From a virus (taxonomy: Duplodnaviria; Heunggongvirae; Uroviricota; Caudoviricetes): a stretch of 64,000 nucleotides of DNA. Position numbers and translations under genes: made by a program. The stretch is from IMG/VR virus record IMGVR_UViG_3300001687_000010. One strand, written 5' to 3'. The notes under the pieces are model-generated. The model ran no database searches. It was not told where the DNA came from and saw only the letters and a list, made by a program, of their open reading frames with translations. Shown here in pieces: positions 18,844 through 28,863 of the stretch. Numbering within the stretch: the stretch's first letter is position 1; each line of letters opens with the position of its first letter.

Positions 18844-19613
18844 TAAGTGAATTAGTACCAACCAGAGGACGTCCGCATAATATGAAGCGTCTGTGGGATT
18901 CGATTTTAGATACCGCAGATAATGTAAAGGATATAGAACTTTGTTTTTATGTAGATGATGATGACGATTCAGGTGCATGGAAGATGGCACAAAAACTTAT
19001 AAAAAAATACCCAGATAATATAAAGGCAAAATTGGGACCGAGAATATGTTTAAGCAAAGCGTGGAATGAGTGTTATGAAATAGCGACTGGCCCGATTTAC
19101 CATCATTGTGGTGATGATATAGTTTTTTTATCTAAGGGATGGGATACGTTAGTTAAAAATCAGTTTGATAATATTTATCCAGATAAAATTGCGCTTGTTT
19201 ACGGCAGAGACCATAAGAAAAAACATCCCAAAAAAGCATATCATGGTTGGATTCACGAGCAATGGGTAAAGGCTTGTGGGTATTTTTTGCCTCCATATTT
19301 TTCAGCCGAAATGAACGACATATGGTTAACGGACGTGGCTAATATGGTTGGACGGAAGGTTTTTGTAAAAGATATTAGAATGGAGCATATGCATTATGTT
19401 CGTGGGTTAGCACCATTTGACCAGACTTATCAAGATTTAAAAGAAAGGAAAGAAAAGGATAAAGTTAAGGAAATTTATAAAGAGAAAATAAAAGACCGGG
19501 AGAAAAATGTTAAAAAATTAAAGAGAGTAATTGCTCAATTTAAAGGTGAGAAAAAGGGCAAAAAACGAAAAGGAAAAGCGAAGCGAGCGCATAATTTGAA
19601 TTTACATGAATAA
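18840..19613 (+). CDS. glycosyltransferase family 2-like
   Basis: VPTRGRP, YVDDDD, GDD..F.SKGWD, NDIWL, EHMH. Confidence 0.75.
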   Translation: MISELVPTRGRPHNMKRLWDSILDTADNVKDIELCFYVDDDDDSGAWKMAQKLIKKYPDNIKAKLGPRICLSKAWNECYEIATGPIYHHCGDDIVFLSKGWDTLVKNQFDNIYPDKIALVYGRDHKKKHPKKAYHGWIHEQWVKACGYFLPPYFSAEMNDIWLTDVANMVGRKVFVKDIRMEHMHYVRGLAPFDQTYQDLKERKEKDKVKEIYKEKIKDREKNVKKLKRVIAQFKGEKKGKKRKGKAKRAHNLNLHE

Positions 19614-20343
19614 AAGATTTTCATTATTAACAATAAGTAACGGCAATCCGCCGTTTTTAGGAACTTTTTTGGAATCCATAGCTGATACTGCGGATAATTT
19701 GGATGATATTGAGGTTATATTAAGGGTAGATAACAATGACCCGACTTTAGACGATTACTATCCTGTAATCGAAAAGGCAAAAGTATGGGTTAGTTTGTTA
19801 ATTGGACCGCCTCCCATTGGTAAAGTTAACGAAAAATTAGAAGCATCTGAGTTTTTTACGTTAGGGGATTTATGGAACGAATGCTGGCGGAATTCAACGG
19901 GTGATATTCTTCAGTTATGTGGGGATGATATTATATATGAGACTCCGGGTTGGGATAGCGTTATTTCTTACCAGTTTGACCAGTATCCAGATAATATATT
20001 AATGGTATCAGCTAATGATATGCGGAACAGGGCGGCGACCCATCCATTTATTCATCGGCAATGGCCAGAAGTAATAGGTTATTTTGCTCCGCCGAAGCAG
20101 GTGTATGGCAATGATAGTTGGCTTGAGCAGGTGGCCAGAAATATTAAACGGTTTATATGGCTTGATGATATTATTATAAGTCACAAAAAACACGGGGCCG
20201 ATGAAGCCAGAATTGATAGAATGCGTCAAATGCAACAATGGAAGCGTGGGCATAATATACCGAAGTATGCTAAACGTGAGGATGAGAGATTAAAGGACGC
20301 AGAAAAATTACAGGAGTATATAAATGAGATACGCAGTTTATAG
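19606..20343 (+). CDS. glycosyltransferase family 2-like, paralog of 18840-19613
   Basis: DTADN, WNEC, CGDDIIYETPGWD, NDSWL shared with upstream gene. Confidence 0.75.
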   Translation: MNKRFSLLTISNGNPPFLGTFLESIADTADNLDDIEVILRVDNNDPTLDDYYPVIEKAKVWVSLLIGPPPIGKVNEKLEASEFFTLGDLWNECWRNSTGDILQLCGDDIIYETPGWDSVISYQFDQYPDNILMVSANDMRNRAATHPFIHRQWPEVIGYFAPPKQVYGNDSWLEQVARNIKRFIWLDDIIISHKKHGADEARIDRMRQMQQWKRGHNIPKYAKREDERLKDAEKLQEYINEIRSL

Positions 20344-21160
20344 ATGTTTGTACGGGGAAGATTTTATACAACATTCCATAAAATCGATTGATGAATTTGT
20401 CGATAAGATTTTTGTATTTTGGGATGACCAAGCATGGGGAAATGTTAACGAATGTATGTATAAGGGCAAAAAGGTTAATTTTCCTAAGAAATTTGATGAT
20501 ATTCTTTATAAGGTTATAAGCCTTAAAAACCCAAAAGTGGAGTTAATTTATGACCATCAAAAAAACAATATTAATCAATTTACTCATTTTGTAAATGATA
20601 TAATATTGCCTAATTATAAACGACCTGATGAAATTATGTTTATAGAGGTTGACCACGTATGGGAAGATGAGCAACTTAGAAACGCTTTACAAGAGTTTAA
20701 AGATAAGGATTTTCAGAATGCTAATGCCAGACCGCATGAGTTATGGTGGACGTATAATTATTCAATTCCATATCGTGGTAGATTGGCGACTGTATTTTGG
20801 AATTTAAAGAAGGTGGATAAAATACCACCAACTGGCCGTCACGCACAACCGAGGGGACAGGGTATGCCGTATTTACAGGCGCACGTTCATAATTTGGGGT
20901 TTTGTTTTAGTGAAAAGGTTATGTACTGGAAGCACATGACTGCTATCGGGTTCTCGCAGAAAATAGGAGATAGCCCTCCGGGTGAAGCGTGGCTTGATAG
21001 GTGGTTAAATTGGGATTTTAAAAATAACAATAAAAACCTTGAAATATCGTTAGGTAAAGAAAGTCGAATTCCATATGCGGAGGTTAATACTAAAGGCGTC
21101 CCGCAGATTTTAATAGACGAGTGTCCACGTTTTATGAAGGAGAGAATGGCTCGTGAATAA
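20324..21160 (+). CDS. glycosyltransferase-like (GT-A)
   Basis: EDFIQHSIKSI..VDKI, FIEVDH, VHNLG. Confidence 0.6.
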   Translation: MRYAVYRCLYGEDFIQHSIKSIDEFVDKIFVFWDDQAWGNVNECMYKGKKVNFPKKFDDILYKVISLKNPKVELIYDHQKNNINQFTHFVNDIILPNYKRPDEIMFIEVDHVWEDEQLRNALQEFKDKDFQNANARPHELWWTYNYSIPYRGRLATVFWNLKKVDKIPPTGRHAQPRGQGMPYLQAHVHNLGFCFSEKVMYWKHMTAIGFSQKIGDSPPGEAWLDRWLNWDFKNNNKNLEISLGKESRIPYAEVNTKGVPQILIDECPRFMKERMARE

Positions 21161-22049
21161 TAGTTTAAAATGTTGTGAGGAAAAATGGAGAATCCAAGGG
21201 GATATATATTTTGATACTAAAGCAAAGTTTGAATCATATCAGGTTTTTATAGAATCAAATATATCGGAAGAATGTTTTACTTTGGTATATGATAAAAAGG
21301 CCAATTTTCCAGAGCATTTGAAACTGTCGGATTATTTTTTAGTGGAATGTATTGAATATGAAGATGGCTATTTAAGTCTTGTTGTTATCAAGAGAACCGG
21401 GGCAAAAATAGATTTAATCACAACCGGACAGATTCAGGATAAAATAAAAGGGATATCCATTTTAGTAACGTGCACTGATGATGATATATATAGACCTTTT
21501 TTACTGGATAATTTTCCAAAATATCATCGGACAGGCTTGGAACTCGATTTAAACGTGGTTTTTTATGGCAATCATCCTTTAAACCAGATAAAAAATTATG
21601 CTAATATATTGCGAAAACCACGAGAGGAATTTAGGAATTTTCATAATGCTGAAAAGGTAAACATATGCAAATATGACCACGTTTTGTTATCGGATGTGGA
21701 TATATATTATCCACCAAATGTGATAAACAGTATTATAGATATATATGAAAGTATGCCGAATATGGGTATTATTAATTTAAGGCATTTTAAAACTGTAGAG
21801 TTGGGAAATGGGCAGTATTTTGGCCGGAAGGATGTTATAATAAAGAATTTTGGGGATAAATTTAAAGGCTTTTGGTTTAAGGATACGGAGTATCTTATGA
21901 ATCTCTCAAGAACTGGAATTATCCCGTTAACCTTTTTTGTACCATTTGAACGTGGAAGTCATGTTAGACATACAAAATTTGGGTCTGACGGCAAATGGTT
22001 TGAACGTAATAAAAAAATATTTACGGAGGTTATGAAACACGGACGATGA
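21153..22049 (+). CDS. putative glycosyltransferase (GT-A C-terminal domain)
   Basis: LLSDVD DxD motif; FKGFWFKDTE resembles FxGWGxED. Confidence 0.5.
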   Translation: MNNSLKCCEEKWRIQGDIYFDTKAKFESYQVFIESNISEECFTLVYDKKANFPEHLKLSDYFLVECIEYEDGYLSLVVIKRTGAKIDLITTGQIQDKIKGISILVTCTDDDIYRPFLLDNFPKYHRTGLELDLNVVFYGNHPLNQIKNYANILRKPREEFRNFHNAEKVNICKYDHVLLSDVDIYYPPNVINSIIDIYESMPNMGIINLRHFKTVELGNGQYFGRKDVIIKNFGDKFKGFWFKDTEYLMNLSRTGIIPLTFFVPFERGSHVRHTKFGSDGKWFERNKKIFTEVMKHGR

Positions 22050-22984
22050 AAAAAAGTAAATGGGAAAAACAATATACGAGTACGAGGGTAAAACTGCTCC
22101 ACAATCCCGATAGGTTAGCGGAGATTCAAGATGGTAAGTTTAGGCCGATATCCATACAGCTCGCACCTACCGATAAATGTAATTTAAACTGCGTATTTTG
22201 TTCTGTTAAAAACAGAGAGATGAAGGAACTGCCGTTTGATATAGCGGCCCGTGGTGTTTATGAGCTATCTATGTTGGGGGCAAAAACTGTAGAGATTACG
22301 GGCGGCGGTGACCCGACCATGTATCCTGAAATTAATAAATTGATAGACTATTGCGATAACTTTGGGTTAAAAATAGGGTTAATATCTAACGGGGTTAGTT
22401 TAGATAAAAACATAGGACAAGAGCAGTTAGAGAAATTAACGTGGTTACGGGTAAGCCTTAATAGTCTTGATTATGTAAAGGATATAAAACTTAACATACC
22501 GGATAACGTGGTACTTGGTTTTAGTTATGTATGGAACGAGAAGAGCACGAAGAAGGGGTTTAAGAAAATCCTTAAATATAAAAAGAAGTACGGGGCAAGA
22601 TATGTAAGGGTAGTTCCCGATTGTCGTAATGTGGCGTTTATAGAGGAATACAGGGAAACAATTATGCCTATGATAAATAGCATAGAAGGCGTAAAAGGTA
22701 TGTTCTTTCAGGAAAAAGATTATACGCCTCCTGAACGCTGTTGGATGGGTTATTTAAAGCCGTTTTTAAATTCGGACGGGTACGTTTATCACTGTTCTGC
22801 GAATCCGCTTATTGACTTAAAGTTTAATGAAATGTTTAGGATGGGCAGGATAGTGGATATAAAGAAAATATGGGCAGAACCAGTACCGTTTTGTAGTGAA
22901 AATTGTGGCGAATGCTTCTTTAAAGAGCATAACGAATTGTTAGAGGAGATTATGTTAGATGTCGAACATGAGGAGTTTATCTAA
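22046..22984 (+). CDS. radical SAM enzyme with SPASM/twitch-like C-terminus
   Basis: CNLNCVFC, ITGGGDP, ISNG, CW..DGYVYHC..CGEC. Confidence 0.85.
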   Translation: MKKSKWEKQYTSTRVKLLHNPDRLAEIQDGKFRPISIQLAPTDKCNLNCVFCSVKNREMKELPFDIAARGVYELSMLGAKTVEITGGGDPTMYPEINKLIDYCDNFGLKIGLISNGVSLDKNIGQEQLEKLTWLRVSLNSLDYVKDIKLNIPDNVVLGFSYVWNEKSTKKGFKKILKYKKKYGARYVRVVPDCRNVAFIEEYRETIMPMINSIEGVKGMFFQEKDYTPPERCWMGYLKPFLNSDGYVYHCSANPLIDLKFNEMFRMGRIVDIKKIWAEPVPFCSENCGECFFKEHNELLEEIMLDVEHEEFI

Positions 22985-23579
22985 AGAGTTTACTAAGGAA
23001 TATTATGTAGGCGGGAAAACGTCTAATTATATAGATTATCGTGAAAAGCGTTTTGAGGGGCAACGGGATGATATTATTGATTTGTTAAAGCCTTCAAAGG
23101 TTAGTACGTTTGTTGATTTTGGATGCGCCATAGGTGGACTTATAAAAGCGTTTATTGATGCTGGATATGAGAATATTTTAGGCACTGATATATCGTTGTG
23201 GGCGATTAAATATGGTAAAGAAACTTTAGGTTTGGAGGATAAAATCCAGTTTTATAACCTAAATATGTTATATGAACCGACTGATTATATGTTCGCTTTT
23301 GATGTATTTGAGCATTTACCGGACTATGAACTTGATTGTGTATTATCTCTTATGAGAAGGGGTTTAAAGAAAAATTTATTAATGCGAGTTCCGGTAAGCG
23401 CAAAAGAAGGGGAGAATTTTGTACTGGATGTAAGCCGAAACGATAAAACACATATTCAGATACATACGAGATTATGGTGGATAAAAAAATTAAAGGAGCA
23501 TAAATTTGCTTTTACGGGTGATATTTCATACGAGTATATATATTCGTCAAGGGGAGTATTTGCCGGTATGTTTGAGTAG
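22959..23579 (+). CDS. class I SAM-dependent methyltransferase
   Basis: VDFGCAIG, GTDIS, FDVFEH, DKTH. Confidence 0.85.
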   Translation: MSNMRSLSKEFTKEYYVGGKTSNYIDYREKRFEGQRDDIIDLLKPSKVSTFVDFGCAIGGLIKAFIDAGYENILGTDISLWAIKYGKETLGLEDKIQFYNLNMLYEPTDYMFAFDVFEHLPDYELDCVLSLMRRGLKKNLLMRVPVSAKEGENFVLDVSRNDKTHIQIHTRLWWIKKLKEHKFAFTGDISYEYIYSSRGVFAGMFE

Positions 23580-23590
23580 GGAGGAATATA

Positions 23591-24859
23591 ATGAATATAG
23601 GCTTTATGGGGTTAGGTAAATTGGGGCTACCTTGTGCTCTCGCAATAGAGCATAGAGGTGGTCATCAGGTTGTCGGTTTTGACCCTGACCCGAATGTCGC
23701 AAAATATATAAAAGAAAGGGCAATACCTTACAGGGAGGTTCATGCCGATTCTTATTTAAAGACGACCAAAATTGAGGTAAAAACGGTTAAACAGGTGGTC
23801 GCAGAATCGGAGATTATTTTTGTACCAATTCAGACCCCACATTTAGAAAGATATGAGGGTATAACCCGGATCCCGGAAGAGCGGGTGGATTTTAATTATA
23901 ATTATCTTAAACGGGGCATTAAAGAGTTATCGACTGAGATTGAGGCACAAGGTGAGGATAAAATCGTTATTATTATATCCACGGTTTTGCCGGGGACTAT
24001 AAGACGGGAAATTATGCCGTCATTGGGGGAACATACGAAACTTTGTTATAACCCGTTTTTTATTGCTATGGGTACGACCATAGATGATTTTCTTAACCCG
24101 GAGTTTGTATTGTTTGGCGTGGATGATGATAAGGCCGCTTATAAAGCTGAAGAATTTTATAAAACGATACACGATAGACCGTTTGTTAAGATGAGTATTG
24201 AAAGCGCAGAATTAACGAAGGTTGCTTATAATACCATTATTACAAGTAAGATAACGATAGCAAATACGCTTATGGAGATTTGCCATAAAACACCGGGGGC
24301 AAACGTAGATGATGTTACTTCAGCCCTAAAATTGGCCACTGAACGCATTGTAAGCCCCAAATATATGGATGCTGGTATGGGTGACGGAGGTGGTTGTCAT
24401 CCTCGTGATAATATTGCTTTATCGTGGCTCGCTCGAAAATTAGAATTAAGTCACGATATTTATGATAATCTTATGATGGCCAGAGAGCATCAGACCGACT
24501 GGTTAGCCGAGCTTATAATTGATGAGCTTAAAAAAGAACCGCATTGGGAAATGCTTTTGCCTATACAAATATTGGGCAAATCTTTTAAACCGGAGACGAA
24601 TCTTACAGTAGGTTCTCCTGCGGTTTTGCTTAGTAATTTATTAGAGGAGAGGGGTTTTAGGGCAGAAATGTGGGACCCCTTTGTGGATAAGCCGAGAAAG
24701 TTATGGTTCCGGCCGCATATTTATTTTATAGGGACTAAACATGAGGCTTTTAGGGATGTTAGTTTTCATAGAGGCTCGATAGTGTTAGACCCGTTTAGAT
24801 ATATACCAGAACAGGAAGGAGTGAGAATAATATACATTGGCGACTCAAGTATTTCATAA
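23591..24859 (+). CDS. UDP-glucose/GDP-mannose dehydrogenase family protein
   Basis: GLGKLG, STVLPG, AELTKVAYN, GGGCHPRD, GKSFKPET. Confidence 0.9.
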   Translation: MNIGFMGLGKLGLPCALAIEHRGGHQVVGFDPDPNVAKYIKERAIPYREVHADSYLKTTKIEVKTVKQVVAESEIIFVPIQTPHLERYEGITRIPEERVDFNYNYLKRGIKELSTEIEAQGEDKIVIIISTVLPGTIRREIMPSLGEHTKLCYNPFFIAMGTTIDDFLNPEFVLFGVDDDKAAYKAEEFYKTIHDRPFVKMSIESAELTKVAYNTIITSKITIANTLMEICHKTPGANVDDVTSALKLATERIVSPKYMDAGMGDGGGCHPRDNIALSWLARKLELSHDIYDNLMMAREHQTDWLAELIIDELKKEPHWEMLLPIQILGKSFKPETNLTVGSPAVLLSNLLEERGFRAEMWDPFVDKPRKLWFRPHIYFIGTKHEAFRDVSFHRGSIVLDPFRYIPEQEGVRIIYIGDSSIS

Positions 24860-25412
24860 ACCGAATGTAATTTTTATAGGGCATAATAAAAATGCGACCA
24901 CTAATGTTCATCGGACTTTAGGAACTTGGTGGAGTAAAGATGGTCCGCAACAAAAGGGGTTATTGGGTTTACCTGACCCAGAAATAAATGCGGATATGCC
25001 TGCGTCCGAGTATAGAAAAAGATATCCTAAACATTTCATTTTTACGATAGTACGGAATCCATATGATAGAGTTTTATCGCTTTTTACATACCGACACAGG
25101 CATAACCCGGAGACGTATCCGACTTTTGAGGGGCTTGTAAAAGACCAAAAAAGACATATGATTTTACCGACTCAGGTTTCTATTATTAATAAAAACGAGG
25201 CTTGTGATTTTATTGCTCGATTCGAGAATTTAGATATGGATATGAAAAAAGTGGGCAAAATAATAGGGATTAAGTGGTCATGGCCATATTCAAAGACACA
25301 TAGTAACAGGACTTCACATGGGCATTATAGTGAATATTATACTGAGGATATGAAAGATATTGTTACCGATTTATATAGAGAGGATTTAAAGAGATTTAAT
25401 TATGAGTACTAA
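24837..25412 (+). CDS. sulfotransferase family 2-like
   Basis: HNKNATT, FTIVRNPYDRVLS, RFENL, YYTE..LYREDLKRFNY. Confidence 0.75.
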   Translation: MATQVFHKPNVIFIGHNKNATTNVHRTLGTWWSKDGPQQKGLLGLPDPEINADMPASEYRKRYPKHFIFTIVRNPYDRVLSLFTYRHRHNPETYPTFEGLVKDQKRHMILPTQVSIINKNEACDFIARFENLDMDMKKVGKIIGIKWSWPYSKTHSNRTSHGHYSEYYTEDMKDIVTDLYREDLKRFNYEY

Positions 25413-26055
25413 AGTTATTATAGGATTAGGATGTGGACGCTGTGGTACTCAATCATTAGCGCAGTTATTTGCATATCAGCCCAATGTGAGGGCTACACAT
25501 GAAGCTTTTATTTTTCCGTGGGAAATGAATAAACAGGAATTTAGACAAAATTTTATGAATTTATGCAAAGGCCGATTAAAAACACGAAAACAGCATATAG
25601 AAAATGCAAATAAACCGGGACAAATCGTATCAGATACTGCGAGTTGGTATTTAAACTATGTACCGTTTTTATCTAATAATTATGATGCTAAGTTTATATG
25701 CTTATATAGGGCATTTGAGGAGACCGTTGAAAGCTGGTTTGCTAAAGCAAAGGTAACGTGGCATTTTATGGATTTGGATAGCGAATACTGGGAAGAAGAA
25801 TGGCAGAGAGACCATCTGTTTAGAATAGCATTTCCGCATTATAAATTAAACAAACGGGATGCCTTAGTCCAGTACATAAAGGACTATTATGAGAAAGCGA
25901 GGAGTTATGAAAAGGCTTATCCTAATTTTAGGATATTTCCTATTGATATGTTAAACAGCAAAGAGGGGATTAACAAAATTTTAAATTTTGCAGGTATAAA
26001 TAATAAAAATATAAAGACAGGAATTAAATTAAATGTGCGAGGGACACGAAGATGA
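25402..26055 (+). CDS. sulfotransferase-like P-loop protein
   Basis: GLGCGRCGTQSL, HE, KFICLYR..TVES. Confidence 0.6.
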   Translation: MSTKVIIGLGCGRCGTQSLAQLFAYQPNVRATHEAFIFPWEMNKQEFRQNFMNLCKGRLKTRKQHIENANKPGQIVSDTASWYLNYVPFLSNNYDAKFICLYRAFEETVESWFAKAKVTWHFMDLDSEYWEEEWQRDHLFRIAFPHYKLNKRDALVQYIKDYYEKARSYEKAYPNFRIFPIDMLNSKEGINKILNFAGINNKNIKTGIKLNVRGTRR

Positions 26056-26717
26056 CGCAAAAATGGAAGATTGACCCTAAATTATACAATTGTGAAAGGG
26101 CAAATGACGGAAGTCAAAAAACAAAAATGCTTGATTATTATACGACTTACGTGGATGAGTTTTTAAATTCTGACCCAGTACGGGATTGGGAATCTATAAC
26201 TCGTTGTAAAATGGTATGGGATTGGGCATTGGATAAAATAAAACGTCCAGAGATTATTGACTGGAGAGTACTGGATTGTGGTACTAAAGATGGTCAATTT
26301 CCTGAGTTTTTACAACCTATGGTGGAAGAAGCTGTGGGGATAGAAATAGCACCGGATTATTTACAATACACTAAAGAACTTGGTCGACCTGTTATATATG
26401 GGGACGTATGTGATTTACCAGAGGAGTGGGATGATAAATTTGATTTTGTATTCGCCCACCATACGTTAGGACTTGTGGCTGATTATAAAAAGGGGCTATC
26501 TGAAATGTATAGGGTTACAAAACCCAATGGTTATATGTTAACGCTAAATGATGTACCGGGAAATCCCCGTAAACATTATTCATATATTGAAGATGACTCA
26601 GTTTTTAAAGAGTTTAGTTTACAATCAGGGGCAAATGTGGTATACTCTGGATATTGGAATGTTGAGGATTACGAGAAAGAATGGGTTTATTTAGTAAAAA
26701 AACCGGAGGGGGTTTAA
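26052..26717 (+). CDS. class I SAM-dependent methyltransferase
   Basis: VLDCGTKDG, GIEI, FDFVF, EMYRVTKPNG. Confidence 0.85.
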   Translation: MTQKWKIDPKLYNCERANDGSQKTKMLDYYTTYVDEFLNSDPVRDWESITRCKMVWDWALDKIKRPEIIDWRVLDCGTKDGQFPEFLQPMVEEAVGIEIAPDYLQYTKELGRPVIYGDVCDLPEEWDDKFDFVFAHHTLGLVADYKKGLSEMYRVTKPNGYMLTLNDVPGNPRKHYSYIEDDSVFKEFSLQSGANVVYSGYWNVEDYEKEWVYLVKKPEGV

Positions 26718-26718
26718 T

Positions 26719-27300
26719 ATGGAACTCTCTCAGGTAGGTTCGTTTTGTTTTATGGATTATGAAACTACGGGTATAGATACAACTATCCGTACAAAAGATA
26801 GACCAATACAAATTGGTTGTGTTTTTACCGATAATGCGTTAAACAAATTAGTTGAATATCAAAATCTTATCAAATGGGATTCTCTCCTTGAGTTTGATAT
26901 GTGGCCTAAACGGTATCACGCAGGCTTTAAGGTACATAAAATTACCCTTAAAAAAATTAGAGAAGAGGGCATATGGCCACATCAGGTCAAACAAGACCTT
27001 ATAGAAATTGGTAAAGAAATCCAAGAGCATTTATGTTCGCAAAAAAGTTGCGCCATTATATCGGACGCACCTAATTTTGAAATGTTCTGGACGGAGTTTT
27101 TGTTTGGCGGAAAGGACAGGGATAAGGGATTCCCGTTTTATTATAATGCGTGGTCAGTTTATCCGACTTTCCAGATATTTGATGTAAAACCGTTATATGG
27201 TCAAAAACCGCATGATGCGCTTGATGACGCAAGGTTGCTCTGGAAAGGTATGATAGAAGTTTATAAAAAGGCGGAGGTTTTACATGAGTCTAAAGGTTGA
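26719..27300 (+). CDS. DEDDh 3'-5' exonuclease
   Basis: MDYETTG, QIG, VHKI, HDALDDA. Confidence 0.8.
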   Translation: MELSQVGSFCFMDYETTGIDTTIRTKDRPIQIGCVFTDNALNKLVEYQNLIKWDSLLEFDMWPKRYHAGFKVHKITLKKIREEGIWPHQVKQDLIEIGKEIQEHLCSQKSCAIISDAPNFEMFWTEFLFGGKDRDKGFPFYYNAWSVYPTFQIFDVKPLYGQKPHDALDDARLLWKGMIEVYKKAEVLHESKG

Positions 27301-28126
27301 TAGGCACGTTTTTCCATATAATAACGTGCTAATAACAGGGAGTTTCGGTTATATAGGAACAAACCTTGTTAATTATTTACGAGAAAATAGCGATATAAAT
27401 ATTTACCATGCTGATAAAGCAAAGGGTATTTATGCAGAGGATTTAGCGGTTGTTAAAAATATTGAATTTATTGTACACCTTGCGGCTTTTCCGGGGTTAA
27501 TCCCGTGTACTCAAAATTTTGAGGCCGCAGTTATAGATAATGTTAGTTCGGCTTTTTCGGTTTTTAAGGTAGCCCATAAGAATAAAATTCCGGTTATCTT
27601 TACATCTTCTCAGGCCGCTAAAGACCCATATTCAAGTTTTTACGCATCTCTTAAACGGGCGATTGAAGTTGAGGCCGCAAGGGTAAATAAAGTTGGTGGT
27701 GATATACGCATTATCAGGCTATCCAATGTTTATGGCGGAGAGGAGTATCTTGAGAAAAAGTTCACCGTTATATCCAAGTTTGTAAAAGCGGTTGAAAACG
27801 ATGAGCCAATTATCGTAAACGGGGATGGCAGTCAGGTTAGAGATTTTGTTAGCGTGGTTGATGTTTGCCGTGCTATTGCTCTTTATATGGAGAAGGATTT
27901 TGGGTATAATTTCCCGATTGATATCGGAAGCGGAGTCGGGACGTCTATATTGGATATAGCCAAAATGTTTAAGTACCCATATAAACTTGATGAGGGTTCG
28001 GAAACTGTCGGGGCTGCAGAAAGCATAGTTGACCCCGGACCGGCAAAAGACCTTTTGGGTTATGAAGCCCAACATAAAGTTGAGCATTATATTGATAATT
28101 TAAGACAGATTTTAGGGATGCGCTAA
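27284..28126 (+). CDS. NAD-dependent nucleotide-sugar epimerase/dehydratase
   Basis: TGSFGYIG, HLAA, YASLK, RLSNVYG, GDGSQVRDF. Confidence 0.88.
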   Translation: MSLKVDRHVFPYNNVLITGSFGYIGTNLVNYLRENSDINIYHADKAKGIYAEDLAVVKNIEFIVHLAAFPGLIPCTQNFEAAVIDNVSSAFSVFKVAHKNKIPVIFTSSQAAKDPYSSFYASLKRAIEVEAARVNKVGGDIRIIRLSNVYGGEEYLEKKFTVISKFVKAVENDEPIIVNGDGSQVRDFVSVVDVCRAIALYMEKDFGYNFPIDIGSGVGTSILDIAKMFKYPYKLDEGSETVGAAESIVDPGPAKDLLGYEAQHKVEHYIDNLRQILGMR

Positions 28127-28361
28127 AGCCTTATTTGACGGGGCTTCACGCCAGAGTAGTAAAATTATATCTACTCTTATTTAATGAACGGTATTCAAGG
28201 CCGAAAATGGCCGAAATCGGGTACTCCACGGGAAGTGGGTTAAATACCCGAATTTATTAGGTGCGACCCTGTATACTGTTATACCACCTAACCGGAGAAA
28301 GACGATTGTGTGGCCTCTCAAGCGGGCAATTCAAACGGCTTTAATTTCGGCTATTTAGGCC
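28126..28361 (+). other. GC-rich intergenic multi-hairpin element
   Basis: inverted repeats 28153-28177, 28214-28255, 28257-28291 and long-range 28199-28217/28344-28361. Confidence 0.4.
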
Positions 28362-28407
28362 GGAAAATCTGGTGAATTCTATTCAGTTAACATTTTACAT
28401 TCACCCT

Positions 28408-28444
28408 GTTTACAATTTGAACTCAATGTGGTACTATATAAATA
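28408..28444 (+). promoter_or_regulatory. T4-early-like promoter overlapped by late-type TATAAATA
   Basis: GTTTACA-17-TACTAT with TGTGG extension; TATAAATA at 28437-28444. Confidence 0.65.
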
Positions 28445-28457
28445 AAAACCGAAAAGG

Positions 28458-28826
28458 ATGATTAAAATGTTTGAAGATATTAATAACAAGCCAGACGAAT
28501 TAATCGACCCTGAAGATAAATTATCGGAATCAGAAGTGGAAGCCGACCAGTGGAATACCGGCCATAAAGCGGATGTATGGAGTACCGGAAAACCGGCACA
28601 GGGGGATGTATGGTCAACGGGAAAAGACCCCAATGACCCTATTCAGAATCCGGGTCCGTTGAGCAATCCTGACCCCGACCCCGGTTTTGACGAAGAAGAG
28701 CAAGTGGAATCCTATGGTATTATGGATGACCCACTGGATTATGATGAAGTTGAGGACGATTTTGAAATAGAAGAAACAACCGCTTCTGATGAAGGTTCCG
28801 GTTTATTTGACGATTTATTGCCGTAA
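28458..28826 (+). CDS. very acidic small protein with W(N/S)TG repeats
   Basis: D/E-rich; WNTG, WSTG, WSTG; own promoter and terminator. Confidence 0.65.
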   Translation: MIKMFEDINNKPDELIDPEDKLSESEVEADQWNTGHKADVWSTGKPAQGDVWSTGKDPNDPIQNPGPLSNPDPDPGFDEEEQVESYGIMDDPLDYDEVEDDFEIEETTASDEGSGLFDDLLP

Positions 28827-28863
28827 CTCCATCATGTAAGAGTGAGCAGGCCCCCCTTTTATT

